Source: Pocillopora damicornis (lineage: Eukaryota). From it: a stretch of DNA of 64,000 nucleotides. A model generated the notes under the pieces. The model saw only the letters and a list, made by a program, of their open reading frames with translations. It was not told where the DNA came from and made no database searches. The stretch is from NCBI RefSeq assembly GCF_003704095.1, contig NW_020846508.1, forward strand, positions 124,001 to 188,000, given 5' to 3'. Position 1 is the first letter of the stretch, and each line of letters begins with the position of its first letter. Position numbers and translations under genes: made by a program. Shown here one piece after another: positions 26,990-39,816 of this stretch.

Positions 26990-29900
26990 AGAAACTATGA
27001 TTGGTTCGAGAGAACTCTGACTCAAGCAAGTTTTCTCCGACCTATATCGCTGACAATTGAGTTTCTTTGACATTGTATGAAGCGAACACTTTTCTTTTTC
27101 AAGCAAGTGTAGATCCCGCGCAAGATACATCTTTGAGTCTAGACGTCGTGTATTATGTCAGGCGTCCACTTGAGTCTTAATAGAGTTGTCAAAAGACATC
27201 CGCCATTATAGTGAAGCTTTTCTAAATTCATCGCGTAGGTTAAGTTCAGGCGCAGAAAGTCAGTTTGTATCATTTTTTTTCAGTTGCTCCGTAAATTTGT
27301 TCAAGTCCTGATGTATTTTGCAAGCAAAGCTCAAATAACAATCAAGTTTTTCGTTGAAATTGTATATTTTTCTTTTGACCAATAAATAATCCAAGAGAAA
27401 TCTCCGAGTGGGTTTTTTCCAAGACGAAAGACACATTGTGTTTGCCGTGTTTGGATGTCAGTGTCTTTCGTGCGGGAACATAAATTTTATTGTAACTGAT
27501 GTTTTTTCCCTTTTTGTCCTCAGCGTAATTTCACACCAGGGTCTCACCTTTACCGACATAAATATTGTCGTAAACCTTGGGCAGGTGTTTTCGAGCCCAA
27601 ACCCACGCGTTCAGGAAAATTTGCCTGGAGTCACACTTTACAGAGTTTTCTGTTTTTTCTTTCAGTTTGATATTTTTCACCTTTCCGACAGCGTTTCTTT
27701 CTGCCTTAGCGATTAAGTCACGACAGTTTTTTGTTTTTCAATGTCGACTTCGTAAAGAATTATGTTGGTGTTCGAATGACTAAAATTACACTTATCAGTA
27801 CACAGGGGCTGAAAATTTCCTCGAGAAGTAAGTCGATAGCGGTGTTTGTTCGCGTTAAACATCTAGGTAAAGACTGCTTGTTTCAAACGGAAAAGCTTAG
27901 CACGACTCTTTTCGCGTTTCAATTTTTCTGCGGTCAACGCTTTGAGTTAAACATTGAATATTGACTTAGCAGACTTCACCAAATTTAGATATTTTCTCGC
28001 GCCAAACCAAGTGAAGGCTAATGTAAACAATGGTTTTAGGAGATTAAAAAATTAAAATAATTTATCTAGTGTATTTTTTTTTAGTAATATACGCCATCCC
28101 GACAGTTTTCCCTTAACGTTTATTACCTCCTTGCGATTGATGTTACATTCGGATAATCGGCGCCGTATCATGGGATCATGGGATGCATGATCATTCTACT
28201 TGCAACCGACGAATTTAGACAAATTAGGAGTCCATATTTTGTGACTTACCATGAAGTAACATCCACTAAAGAGGCCTTTGAACGATAATTTTCTCCTCTC
28301 TTAAGGCGGCGAAAGTTTCTCAGAGCGCCAAATTCTGATCCGTGAAAAGCGGGAATTTGAAAAGACCAAATGACTGTTTTTGAACGCGTATGGTAACAAT
28401 GTAGAACATTATGTTTTGTTGTTGTTCCGCGCCTTTCTTTCGTTTACAAATGAATTCACAGAATATGAATGTTTTATCAATAAGAACGGAGGTGAAGTCT
28501 GTGGGGGCACTTCCTCAAATCCTTATGGGTTGCGAAATATTCGACATGCTCTGTTTGTTTCCACCCATCAATCGCTGCAGCAAACATGGCGCACGGTGAC
28601 CCAACTTGGATAATCATTTTTTTCCATATCTCTTGCCCTCTGGGAAGAGAGTGTCACTTTGGACAGGAAATAGTTAATGAATAGAGCGTCGCATAAAAAG
28701 AATTTCCATCAAAATCGCACGATGACCGATGAGAATGTCTGTCAACTTCAACTGCCATTTGAATGGCAACGCCTTCTTTTGGCTGACCTTTGAAGTTACG
28801 AAACGTTTGGTTATGGACAAAAGTCTCGGCGCAAATGGGGACATACACTTATGGCTTATGCGTAATTAATTTTTTTTTTCGTTAAAGATTAGACGCTTGA
28901 AAATTTTGGTTGCCTTTGTTTACGTCCTCCATATTATTTTTGCGTTGTATCAGCGACACTGAAACTTCGGCCATATTTTCTGACAGCTGTGTAGTTACCC
29001 CCTAATAAGTTCGGGGAAAAACGGATAGAGGACTTTTCTATCACAAGACACCCATTCTTTCCAACTGTTAGTCTCGAGTCAGATCTCAAGTTCACTGTTA
29101 AGCATTTACTTGAATATTCAATATGTTATGTGCCATAAATATATCAGTCCCATTTTTCTTTCTTTCTGGTTTTAATGGTTTTAATGCAAGGCAAATTATA
29201 ATCCAAAAACTGTCAATCAAATTCGTGTTACTTTAAATTAATTGATGTCTATCGAACAAAGTTTTATTAGGCAAGTGAAATGAAATTGTCCCGACCATTT
29301 TCGATATTTACACTGGTGTTTTAAATTTGATTGTGGCATATCAATTTACGACTGAAACCGACTAAATCCCAATGACTATGGTTCCAAAAATAAAGATATT
29401 CTCATGATTAAATTTCAGACGAAACTTCTGGAGACTTGCATCCTTTTCTGAGTGGGGAGCCGCTTAAAACTCAGTATGTATCAAAAATGTAAATTTCTGT
29501 TTTAGTAGGGGCCAAAGTCGAACTGAAGAAACCATCTCATTAAGGAAAAAAATTAGCGTTTAAGCGAAAAACAGAATTGTTACTCTCTATGCGGGATACC
29601 GAACATAACATAGAGTAATCGAAAAATACAATACGAATATAACATTGTATACAACAGAAAAGTGCTATGTTCGCTGTCAATAGACTTCAATTCAGCCATC
29701 TTTCCTGTAAACAGATCTCGATTTTTAGCTACATTACACATTTCCGCTTGAAAACGTTATAACCGACAAAGACTGACGTGAGATTCTATTAACAGTATAT
29801 CATAATTTGCAAATCTTTGGATCATCGTCATTTGATGGCGAACGCTAATACGTAGCTTGTTAGTGATTTAAGACGGCAGAAAACTGCTTTAAATTAGAGG

Positions 29901-30390
29901 AACTGTGTTTTCTTCAATATACATCGGTCATTTGAGATTCAAACAGGCGAAAAACAAATCTACGACAAGTAAATTTTTGTTGTTTCAAACGTGGCGAAAC
30001 ACATGACCGACGTTTGAGAAATTTCCTCCGGGCATTACTTTCGATTATGGCAAAACTAAAAAAAATCGCGACTTACTCGTTCACGTTTTCCCGCGCTTCA
30101 AGCAGTCCGCTTCTTTTTAACTTTGGGTTCTTATTGGATTACTTTGGTTATGGCTTCTCGACACTCAATTGAAAATTTTTCTAAAGATTAGCGAAGTTTG
30201 AGATGGCATTAACTTCTGCCGAAGTATCTAGCTGCCATTTTATCTCTGAGTTGCTTGAAGGTTGATCCAGATTTGAATATGACTTTGTCTTCTTTAGATT
30301 TCATCATATCAGTTTTGGTAAGAAATAGTGTCATCTACGACTGTAAATATATTAATATATGTGAACTGCGTTTAAGGAAATTAATTTGGA

Positions 30391-30535
30391 AGCGATCTTC
30401 GCAGCAATGAAAACTACTTAAGCAGTGGTGAAATGAGGCCTGAAAAATATTCAGGCCTTTTCAGATCCCCCGCAGGCTTGAATTTTTTTCAGGCCTTATT
30501 TTCACTACTGCTTAAGTAGTGTTGTGAAGATCGCT
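30391..30535. mobile_element. Palindromic non-autonomous element
   Basis: Arms AGCGATCTTC..ACTACTTAAGCAGTGGTGAAATGAGGCCTGAAAAA and TTTTTTCAGGCCTTATTTTCACTACTGCTTAAGTAGT..GAAGATCGCT. Confidence 0.7.
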
Positions 30536-31113
30536 ATCAAATTCAGTGGTATCTGCAGCGCAACTTATTGAAAATCCTCAGGGGTACATGATAAAGTACA
30601 CTAGTGAACCTAAGCTCAATTCAAATCACAGATGGACCGATTGTGTACCGTTCTCAGGTTCTGATTTGTTTGATATATTTCATCCGTGAAATCTTCCTGA
30701 GGTGTCTTCTCGCTGGTGTTTCCCGCGCTTTTTACTTCGCTTGACATCATGCAACTCGAGGCGTGGTATCAGAGAAGAAAAATTCCTGAATGGGCCTGAA
30801 ACTGTCGCAAGTCAGTTTTTACATCAAATAGTGTATTTAGTCTCATAGCAAATAGTGCATAAGATTCCTGAACAAATCATCTTGTGAAAACGAAACATTT
30901 TGTAGAGCTTCTTAAAGCGGACTAGCTAAACAAAGGTGCATTCATGCATTTGACTTGAGCCAGTTTATGATCATTTGCCAGAGCTAGGACACCGTTGGTC
31001 TTAGCAGCTTGTAATTTGTTGACAATTTCGTTGCGTCATTTTCTGTTTTTTGTTACAACAGCCTTTCTTTAAAGAACCTGAAAGATGCTGTGCGTAAACT
31101 TAACGCCTGCTGC

Positions 31114-31384
31114 ATAATAAAACAATGAGAGTTTCTGTTCGCCGGCATAAATATGTTTTGGACCCGACCTAGTGTCGGAGAAGGGCCAAAAATACATTTA
31201 TACCCACGAACATAAACTGTGTTACTATTATTATCACTTTTGGGCCATTAAGAAATAAAAAACGGAAAAAATGACAACACAACGGTCTGAACAATCACGC
31301 ACGCAACGTGCGAGCGTTTAACCCGCCAAAATTTCCCTTTTTGCCCGCAAAATGCGCCACAGTGCCCGACAAAGTGATAATAAC
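31114..31384. repeat. Imperfect hairpin-containing repeat element
   Basis: GTTTCTGTTCGCCGGCATAAATATGTTTTGGACCC pairs with GGGCCAAAAATACATTTATACCCACGAACATAAAC. A second inverted pair is TTATTATCACTTT / AAAGTGATAATAA. Confidence 0.55.
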
Positions 31385-34300
31385 GCCGCAAGCGATAAAC
31401 CGTGTTGGGCTAGACTAAGATCAAAGCTTCCATGCTAGTATTGTTAGAAACTACTGAAATGGTGTCCCAAAGCTCCGTCGTCGATCACCTTCGCTAACCA
31501 AAATAAAAGGTGCGAGATGACATGAACCAATAAACTTCGAATAATTATGCAGCACCTTTCAAGCCACAATGGTTTCCATTGTGCATGTGAAGAGACAAGA
31601 AAGCAATTCGAAAAGCTCGTCAAATTTCCTCAAGAAAAATTGTTTTTCTAAATTGTGAGATTCATTTACTTTATTCCGGTTCTTTAAGCAAGCCGGTTCA
31701 TTTCTAATGTCGTACGACACACACTCTCTGCGGGATCTTTTCAAAGAACAGATCATTGACAGAAGTTTATATTAAGGTCCACAAGCACTTAAAACTAAGC
31801 GATACTCGTGGTTATTTAGCATTCATTTTGTTACTTCTTTTAACGGACGCGCCTAGCCAACCGTAAGTCAGGTCCGCAGGCGTTTAGGATGTCAGCTGCA
31901 TGATGCAGCCGACATGGCGCTTGAAACTCATTTTGATTTGGACTGGATTATCACATTTATGAGTTGTCCTCCATTAAAACCATTAACGTTACTATCTTGG
32001 ACTGATAAATAAATTTATCCATAAAAACACGGTATGTTCTTTCCCTTCTTTTCTGCTGTCAAGAGGACAACATTCGGTGCATTTTACTCAGTTCTAGTTT
32101 TACCGACGTTTACGTTCTGTTTTTTTGGAGCCAAGATATCAATTGATATCAGACCAGTATGGTCTGATTCTATTCTTTTAACACAAGGAACGCGAAATCA
32201 TTTTTCATAGAAATTTTGTTTCTTTCTGGCTTGATCATTTGAAAATGGCTGGCTTTGTAAATGATAACGTATGCTTATAAGTTACTTTTCTGTTTGAAAA
32301 TAACTCGAGAATTTGCTCTCTTGAACAAAACCTGACTTGAGAATCAAAATACATAATATATTTTTTTTATATCCGTTAGATAATTTCGACTCCCCTTAAT
32401 ACCTTGCTGGGAAACATTGTAGCGTCTTCTATTTATAGCAAAGCGTCTTTCAAGCCAATTTCTCTTAAGACATTGTTATTGACTGACTCAGTATGAGCTG
32501 ACAATGATCAGTGAAGTATACTTCCCGACCGACCATGCAGTTAACAAATCTAATGAAGGACGTGAACAGGTGTTATAGCCCGTGAAAGTATTGAAGAAGG
32601 GAAAACCCATTACCTTTTGAATGCTAATAAAAGTATGGGGCAGATTTGGAATTTTCTTTGGATAGAGTGCATTTTAACATCGGTCCAAACTTCATATATT
32701 GTCTTAAATTCGGTTTTGAACTTACAACTCTGTCAATATCTTATCATTTTCGATTTCGCAATGTTAATGGTGATTGTTTACGTAAAATACCCGCGAAGTT
32801 GAATGTTTATTCCGTTTTATTCAGATGTCGGTTAAATACTGACTTGTTGTGATAAGTGAGCTCGTTTCGTTTTCTTATCAAAACAAAGGCATCTGGTTTT
32901 GGAAATAAACGTTGTATTGCCTGTCATCCTCAACAGACCCTCTCGGAGATTGCCAGATGAAATTCACACCAGTTTGATTACAAACACTTTTTAGACACTC
33001 CACACAATGGAAAAACATGTTCGTGGATGTAAACTAACCGCTTTTACGTTCACAGTTTGTGTATTTTACGTGAACTCTATTTTTTGGCTTCCGAAAACAA
33101 TTTCAACCATGGGAGATAGTGATGTCGAATTACGTAATCATGGTTGGTTGGTGACATAAAACAAAGTCCTTACCCGGTTTTACCTAGTTGATATACGTCA
33201 GCGAACAGTCGATCTGGGAAGTTTTCCTTGAATGTGTTTAACAGTCCTTCATTAGTCCTGTTTGATCACCAAGTGAAAAGGTTTTAGCTCGAGAAACATT
33301 CTACGAGTAAATCTGTTTCGCATGGGACTAATTAAAAGTGACAACGATATGGTGATCTTGCCAAAAAATCGTCAGTTTGTAAAATAAAATATTCATATTA
33401 CAAAGCTAATGAAAAGATTGTGTCTCGGTCAGCTTGTAAAAGGCTTGCCTGCTGTTGAAAGCAAGGCAAATGTTGTCCGTCAGAAGGATGGTTACATCAT
33501 TTATTTTACTTGCCGATAAACTAGGTTGGAAATCAACTCAGTCGTTTTTCTGAAAACCTTGCCTTAGGCAAGATCTGTTTCCTTTTTCTTAATTATTTTT
33601 TTTTCTTTTTACTTCTCTTCAAGTTGGGGCTAGAAATGTTGCACTCGTTTTCTATTTTTAGAAAGATGTCTTGTTGTCATCAGCGTATAGTGCCTTCTTG
33701 TCAGAAGAAGATGGAAACCGAGTGCGAGTCACTTGTGAATTATTTGGTTTTGTTCGCGCGAACGCGTAAATGGTTTCCGTTCGTGAGGAATATATGATAA
33801 CGCAACTGCGGTTTTTAATCTCTACCTTCTTGTAATTTTCATCTGTTTTCGTTGCGAAATAGCGTTAACCAACCGGAAAGATGGCAGTCGGTTAAAATAG
33901 AAACATAACTTCCTCTTAAAATTACAAAAAATTTATGTATGTCCGGCAGAAGAAAAACTGAGGCCTCAATGATCTTCTATTTCATTTAAGATCCTGTGAT
34001 ATTTTGGGTCTATAAAACGAAAACACACGGAGAACGATATCTTTCGAAGGTCGGAAGCGACTGGCTGGTAATTTCACCTTTCAAATTCCCTCTGGTGAAA
34101 AAGTGACGATCCGGAATTTTATAATTGATTTTTTTTAACCTGGTCATTGTTTCATCAATTTGAACGGAACAAGCTTAGAAAGGGCTTTCCGTGCGAACGA
34201 TGCAATTTACTATCCTACAGCAATTATAACTCCTTCATGTTCGGCTCCGTATCTACACCGAAAAAATTGGCATAAATTTTGTGGTTCTTCTGTTTCGGTT

Positions 34301-35870
34301 CGTGAATCGGATCTCCTATCCACTGTTATCAAATTGTGTTGGTTTGGGTTTTAATCTCACCTTCTTTTTGTCGAGCAGTCCTTTACAATCTTCTGCTCAC
34401 ATGCTAGTCCGGCCCGAAAGAATTGCAAATTGAGTATGAAATTTCCATTTTCTGGCCTTTAAAGAACTTTGAACAAACACCCGAAAGCAGCATACTTAAT
34501 TAGTGATGTTTTTAAGAGCTTTACTCTCCACTTTCATCCACCATTGGCTGATAGATCTCTCATTAGCCAGTGGATTTTGCGAAACACCAATGATGAAAAT
34601 GTTAATGCTAAGACAAGAAAATGATCTGCCTAGTGCTTAATATGGTGTTCTCTTTTAAAGGTTTCCAAATGTGTCACTCAATATTAGCGTCGCGGATTAA
34701 ACTGACCGCGTTCTGATCACTTAGGGGTTATGTCTATCAAATTGGCTTTGAGCTGCACGTACAAGTTACCGCACCTATTTCAAAAAAAGAAAAAAAAGAC
34801 AATTTAGTGATTGTCCACTAAAAATAACTTTGTCCTTTTTTTATTATTTTTCGGATGACCTTTTTCGAATTTGACAATTATACAAGCTTTCATCATCGGT
34901 GGGTGTAAGTGTTTTTTTTTTTTTAATTTTTTAGAAATTTTCTAAAATTTCTTTCCAGAGACAGGGAATGTATATCAAAACCAATGAGAATTCTAACTAG
35001 TGAATATGAAACTTTAAGCGCAGTGGAAGATTTTAACGTGGTCACTTCGAAAGAGGCATCTTTTTAGGCTATTCACGCGTAGATATATACATTTGCCGGC
35101 TGTAATATGAAAATGAAATCTAATTCTTTCACCTGCGCTCAGTTGTGCTATTTTGCATGTCCCGCTCTTTGTATCGCCAATTTTCACAAACTTGCGTCAG
35201 CACCGGATTCCAAGCTCCCTTGTCTGCCTTCCACCCTGTTGCAGCCGATCAGGTGGTTCCATCTAAAAGTTAAAAGGACAGACAACACTCATAAAGGAAC
35301 TATGCAAGCACATAGAGAAAGAAATAACTGGAACGGGAAATAACTATTCTCCTTTATTGATTGCGCTGTAGGTAAAGCTTAAGAAGTTGCAAATGAAGTG
35401 ACAATATAAACAGGTTTTCTTTGCATCCCTACGATTAAAGAACGTGAGGTAGGTGGGGGCACCTATTCGAGAGAGGCGCTTATTTGATATTATGGCCGGC
35501 ACTTATTAGTGCGCGTGCGCATGTTCGATGAAATACGGTATTTCGCATATTTCAGATGACCACATTTTAATTTCTTTTGAAATTTTGAAGTACAAACGTA
35601 TTCAAGTTTTGGTGGTAGTCTTTTACTTTTACTGAATTTCGTGGACTTTTTTGATTCTGAGCCTCAAAGTTTTCTATTGAGAGCTCTTTTAAACTCAGTA
35701 AAACTGAAAGATGATAAAGTAAGTAAGAGAATATTTCAAAGCAATTATCGTCTTAAATGTATAAAGTCTCGTTCGACTTTCTGTTGTATAAATTACACCT
35801 TTAATTTGTGTGCGAGCACGTCCTCATTAGCAGCGCTTTAGCGTTTGGTGTTTTTTCGCCCACGGGAAAG

Positions 35871-36239
35871 TAGGGACCTTTAGCAGTTAGGATGGAAATG
35901 CCAAGGAAGACGTTGATTTAAAAATGAATACATATTTTGGTTGGAATTTCGCGAATAACTGGATGTGTTTACCATCTCTTATGAAGCCGAAAGTTAACCC
36001 TAGCATAACGTATGAGGGCGGTGTTGAGTTCCAAATGGAAACTAAAATAATTTGCTGTCGGGGTTTCTTTTCTCAGACCACGCAAATTCTGATGATTTTA
36101 CGTTGTTATTTTGCAGAGGACTACGAAGAAATGTACACAGTTTTAAAACGCACGCTTTGAGCTGTTGTTCTGCTCATTAGATCTTTTGTTTTGCCACGTC
36201 CTCGCTGCTGTCGCCATCGTGGTTTGCTTAAGGTTCCTC
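35871..36239. mobile_element. TIR element of about 370 bp
   Basis: Imperfect inverted ends AGGGACCTTTAGCA ... TGCTTAAGGTTCCT with a GTCGCCATCGTGG subterminal motif. Confidence 0.55.
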
Positions 36240-37007
36240 GTATGAGGCCTCGAGCACCGTGAGCCGGCGTTTAAGCGCTGTTAGTGCCAGACTCCCGGTA
36301 AACCTCTCCTCAACTCGTCTCAAGTCTTACCGCGGGCTTAGAAACGCGGGTCCTGCAGCGCTTATAATAAGGGCCTGGTTGAAGCTAAAGTTTAATTCTT
36401 GCCTTTTCAGAGATATAAAAAAACAATCAAGAAAAAAGAAAAATCATTTTTCATGTTGAACTCGACATGAAGAACTTTTATCAAGTGTTACTCTGCTTGG
36501 TTTGTTCGTTTATTTCACTTGTCTATTTACCTGTTTCCTCCTTAAGTATTAAAGTAATTGGCTGCACTGTGGCTTCCCTATGCTATGAAATGGAGTCAAG
36601 TTCGTAGTTAAAATAGGGCGTCGAAAGTATTCCAGGATTCCTTTAATTTAGTTGTAGCTCTATGTTATCGGTTCAGAAAACTCGCGCCATTCTTTAACGC
36701 AACTAGGCTTAAAGCTAAAGTGAATCACGACTTGCTTACTCGCGTATTCCTGCGCTTTTTTCTTGGCGATGTTATCGGCTCCTTGTGATATATTCCTGTC
36801 TTCCGATTGGCTGTTCTGATTACTCTAGTTTCACGAAACTCAATAGAAATGCACTTTATTTATCAAATTGACTCTGAACTGACCTAGCATTCTTGGAGAC
36901 AAACGATTAACGAAGAGTAAGTAATTGACGAATGTATACAAAAAGGCTCCTATTTATATCTTCAAGTTCGCACGAAAAATCGAAACAAAACTTCGCTTCC
37001 TAATTTG

Positions 37008-39816
37008 CTATCTAACTTTAGGGGATGAAATAACGGAAATGACGTCAACGGTTGCCCAGGTGATCACAGATTCCTTGTCATTCGATATGATGCATGAGTA
37101 CTGCCCAGCGTCATTCATGGCGGCTTTCCTTATATGGAGTACTGAAGAGGTCTGGTAATAAAAACAGTGGAATAAATTGTTAGCCAGAATAGACTTATTA
37201 CATCTTTGAATAAAAGAGAAAAATTTGATAATGACCTAAATTTACTTATATTTCACTTTAGGACATCCAAAAGTTCTGGGAGGACTTTTACATTAGGTTA
37301 GGTCAGGGTTTTAAGTATTTTTAAAAAATGTAGTCTTTAAATTTTTCAAGGCTGTCATTGGCTAGATATGTCAGTTATCTCAAGCCTTACAGGGATATCC
37401 AACGCAGCAATCAAACGTAACGCATGCGCAAGGGGATCCAATTTTGGCCGGCTGCGCGGCACTTTCCCGAACAAAATTTCATAGGAAACTTAGAAACAGC
37501 CGCTGTCACGCAAGATATGCGAAAAAAATTGAAATGTTCATTGAAATCTGCATAAGAAACAAAATTTGGGAAAAGGAAAACTCGAGACTTTCGTACACAA
37601 AGTTTATCAAATTACGGATTTCCTGCTGATTTACCATTTTTTTTGCTTTAACAAACACCGCGATTTACTCGCTTGTGTGGGTAGTTGTCGGATAACCGTT
37701 CTACACCTTTTTTTATTCTCTACGAGAAAATACGCATTCATTTAAGTGAAAAAGACGAACAATTGCGAAAAGCTGCATTCATTAGCGACAAAAACCGGTC
37801 ATTTGCGCGCAAATCAGATTCGATAACGATTTTTGCAATTTAATCAGCATTCAATAACAATTTGGACATTCTTCTGCGTCATTCGTCACCCAAGAGTTAA
37901 AAATATACTTTCATTTGCGCTAACCTTCAAGTCATCAACACCGTGTTGATGGTGTTAGTATGCATGTATGTAATTACGATATTTAGAAAGGCTGGCCCAG
38001 TTCAGCTTAAAGCTTGTTAAATGGGGGCCTGTGTAAACAAAAACGAGGCCAGACCACTGTACGGTATGGTTTACCGTCCTTATCCGAGAAGACTAGAACG
38101 CTTACCATTCGCCAATGTCCTAGCAAAGGCAACACATTCTCCACAATTATTTTAGGCCCGGTCTGAACCTCCCGCACGGCAGTCCGGCGCTTTACAACTG
38201 AGCTACCCAGATAGTCTATGAAAAGCGTAGTATTGTTTCCTTTTGAATGGGCCGTGTAACTGATTAAATATCGTGACCAATGTTTGTTAGAATGACCTTA
38301 GGAGTGGTCGGAGTATTACTAACCTCCCCCTCCAGGCATCGAGATCTTCTGTACCAGCGGTACTTGAGATTCTTGCCAGTAACATGGCAGAAAAGCTTGC
38401 AGTCTTTTCCCAACTGAACTGTACAGGATTCCGGGTGTTTTTCTATGATTGGAACTAAGAGTAAAATAAAAAATGGTAAGAAAAGGTGTTTAGTCGGGAC
38501 AGCGAATTTGAAGGCGTCTCCCCTCGGTGTCAAGGCACACACCAGTCTTAAAAAGCAGTCCGTTTAATAGGTCTTGCAGAAAAGAAAGAATTGGTTTTAT
38601 AAATTTCAAATGGACAGCAATAGGAGCGCTAGTGGCTCATTTAGCCTGTTTCAGGCCTTCAGTCAGTAAAACATAGCGAAATAGTACACGGTACGATAGT
38701 AGCGGCATATGAAAATAGCGATGGAGGTTTGGGTCGGGTCGCGTATAGAAGTGGTGGATGGAGCTTATACTGGTTTCCATGGCATAAAGCGACTAAGAGT
38801 ATCCTCTTCCTTGATATCCTGTTCATAGTTGCTTGCTTACTTCCACNNNNNNNNNNCGTTAGGTTTTCCCCGGACCCCCTTAGTCTGCTGGTATCCATCG
38901 GGTGGTGTGAGTAAAGTTTCTAACCAAAGAACGTAGCACCATGACTCAATTAGCGCTTCAACCTAGACCTCTTGACTTGTAGTCAATCGCGCATACCACA
39001 AGCTTACTGTTTGTTCATCTCATCTTTGTTTAACTGGTATCACGAACCGGTGAAATCCAACCACTGACGGTTGCTGTACTGTGCATGTGGGTTATTGAAT
39101 CAGTGAAGTTATCAGCAGTTTGATTTATCACTGCCAGAAAATACAATCAAAACTAAGATCATTCTCGTGGTGAAATTTCATGGCTCCTTTTAAGCAGACT
39201 TTCTTAAACAATTGAAATGGCACCAAATTGAATACAGGTTGCGTTTCAATCGAAAAAAAGTTCTGAAAGGTTTTATAATTATTTTCAACAGGTATGTTTG
39301 ATGAGATTACAGGTCTTAAAGTGCTAATTGACGGGTGCAAAAACGACTTCTTCACATTTATGCACATGGTTTTTAAGACCTTTAAAAATCCTGCATAAAT
39401 TAACAAGAATAAAGCTACTTTTTTTGAAAGTCTTTTAAATGCAAAAATATAGCCGGTAGTATCTTTTAAAGAAGCGTGCTCTTAATTCCCTACCGCCTAG
39501 TCAATCGGTGTGATGGTGAAAGACTGGCAACGAATGAGTAAAAAAAGTCAATACAAAACTTGATCAAATAATTCGCTAGAGTGTACTAAAGATGCCAACA
39601 GGCAAGTGTTTAAAGCAAGTTTATACACTGGTCGATTCGTTGTTAAATTGAACGGTAAACTGAGAGGTTTCACTGCTCAATGTTACAACGAATTTTCTGT
39701 AAGCTAAGATGCTTGTAAGTTACCAGAATATAGACTTTGCGGATTTTGTTAACAGATAGGTTAAAATAAAAGATATAGCAGGCTCATCACTTACCTTCAC
39801 TCAAAACAGAGGGCAT
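37008..39816 (-). CDS. Small single immunoglobulin (I-set-like) domain protein, 98 aa, 3 coding exons, no signal peptide or TM
   Basis: Exons 39816-39795, 38454-38324 and 37151-37008 join in frame to give MPSVLSEVPIIEKHPESCTVQLGKDCKLFCHVTGKNLKYRWYRRSRCLEGETSSVLHIRKAAMNDAGQYSCIISNDKESVITWATVDVISVISSPKVR*. The B-strand Cys, C-strand Trp, LxI and DxGxYxC motifs are all present. AATAAA (-) at 36855-36860. Confidence 0.8.
37417..37700. repeat. Interspersed repeat, copy 2 (shared with 350-660)
   Basis: Same conserved blocks as copy 1; lies in the Ig gene intron. Confidence 0.7.
38058..38207 (-). mobile_element. tRNA-derived SINE fragment
   Basis: The - strand begins GGTAGCTCAGTTGTAAAGCGCCGGACTGCCGTGCGGGAGGTTC (A-box and degenerate B-box), followed by a non-tRNA body. 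Confidence 0.6.

Noticed and set aside
26368-37017. Possible Ig + ankyrin fusion gene (same strand)
   Set aside because: The Ig exon has a stop and a poly(A) signal, the donor is weak, and I found no suitable in-frame acceptor before the ankyrin ORF.
38150-38207. tRNA-like sequence
   Set aside because: It has no complete cloverleaf or acceptor stem and continues into a repeat body, so it is treated as a SINE head.
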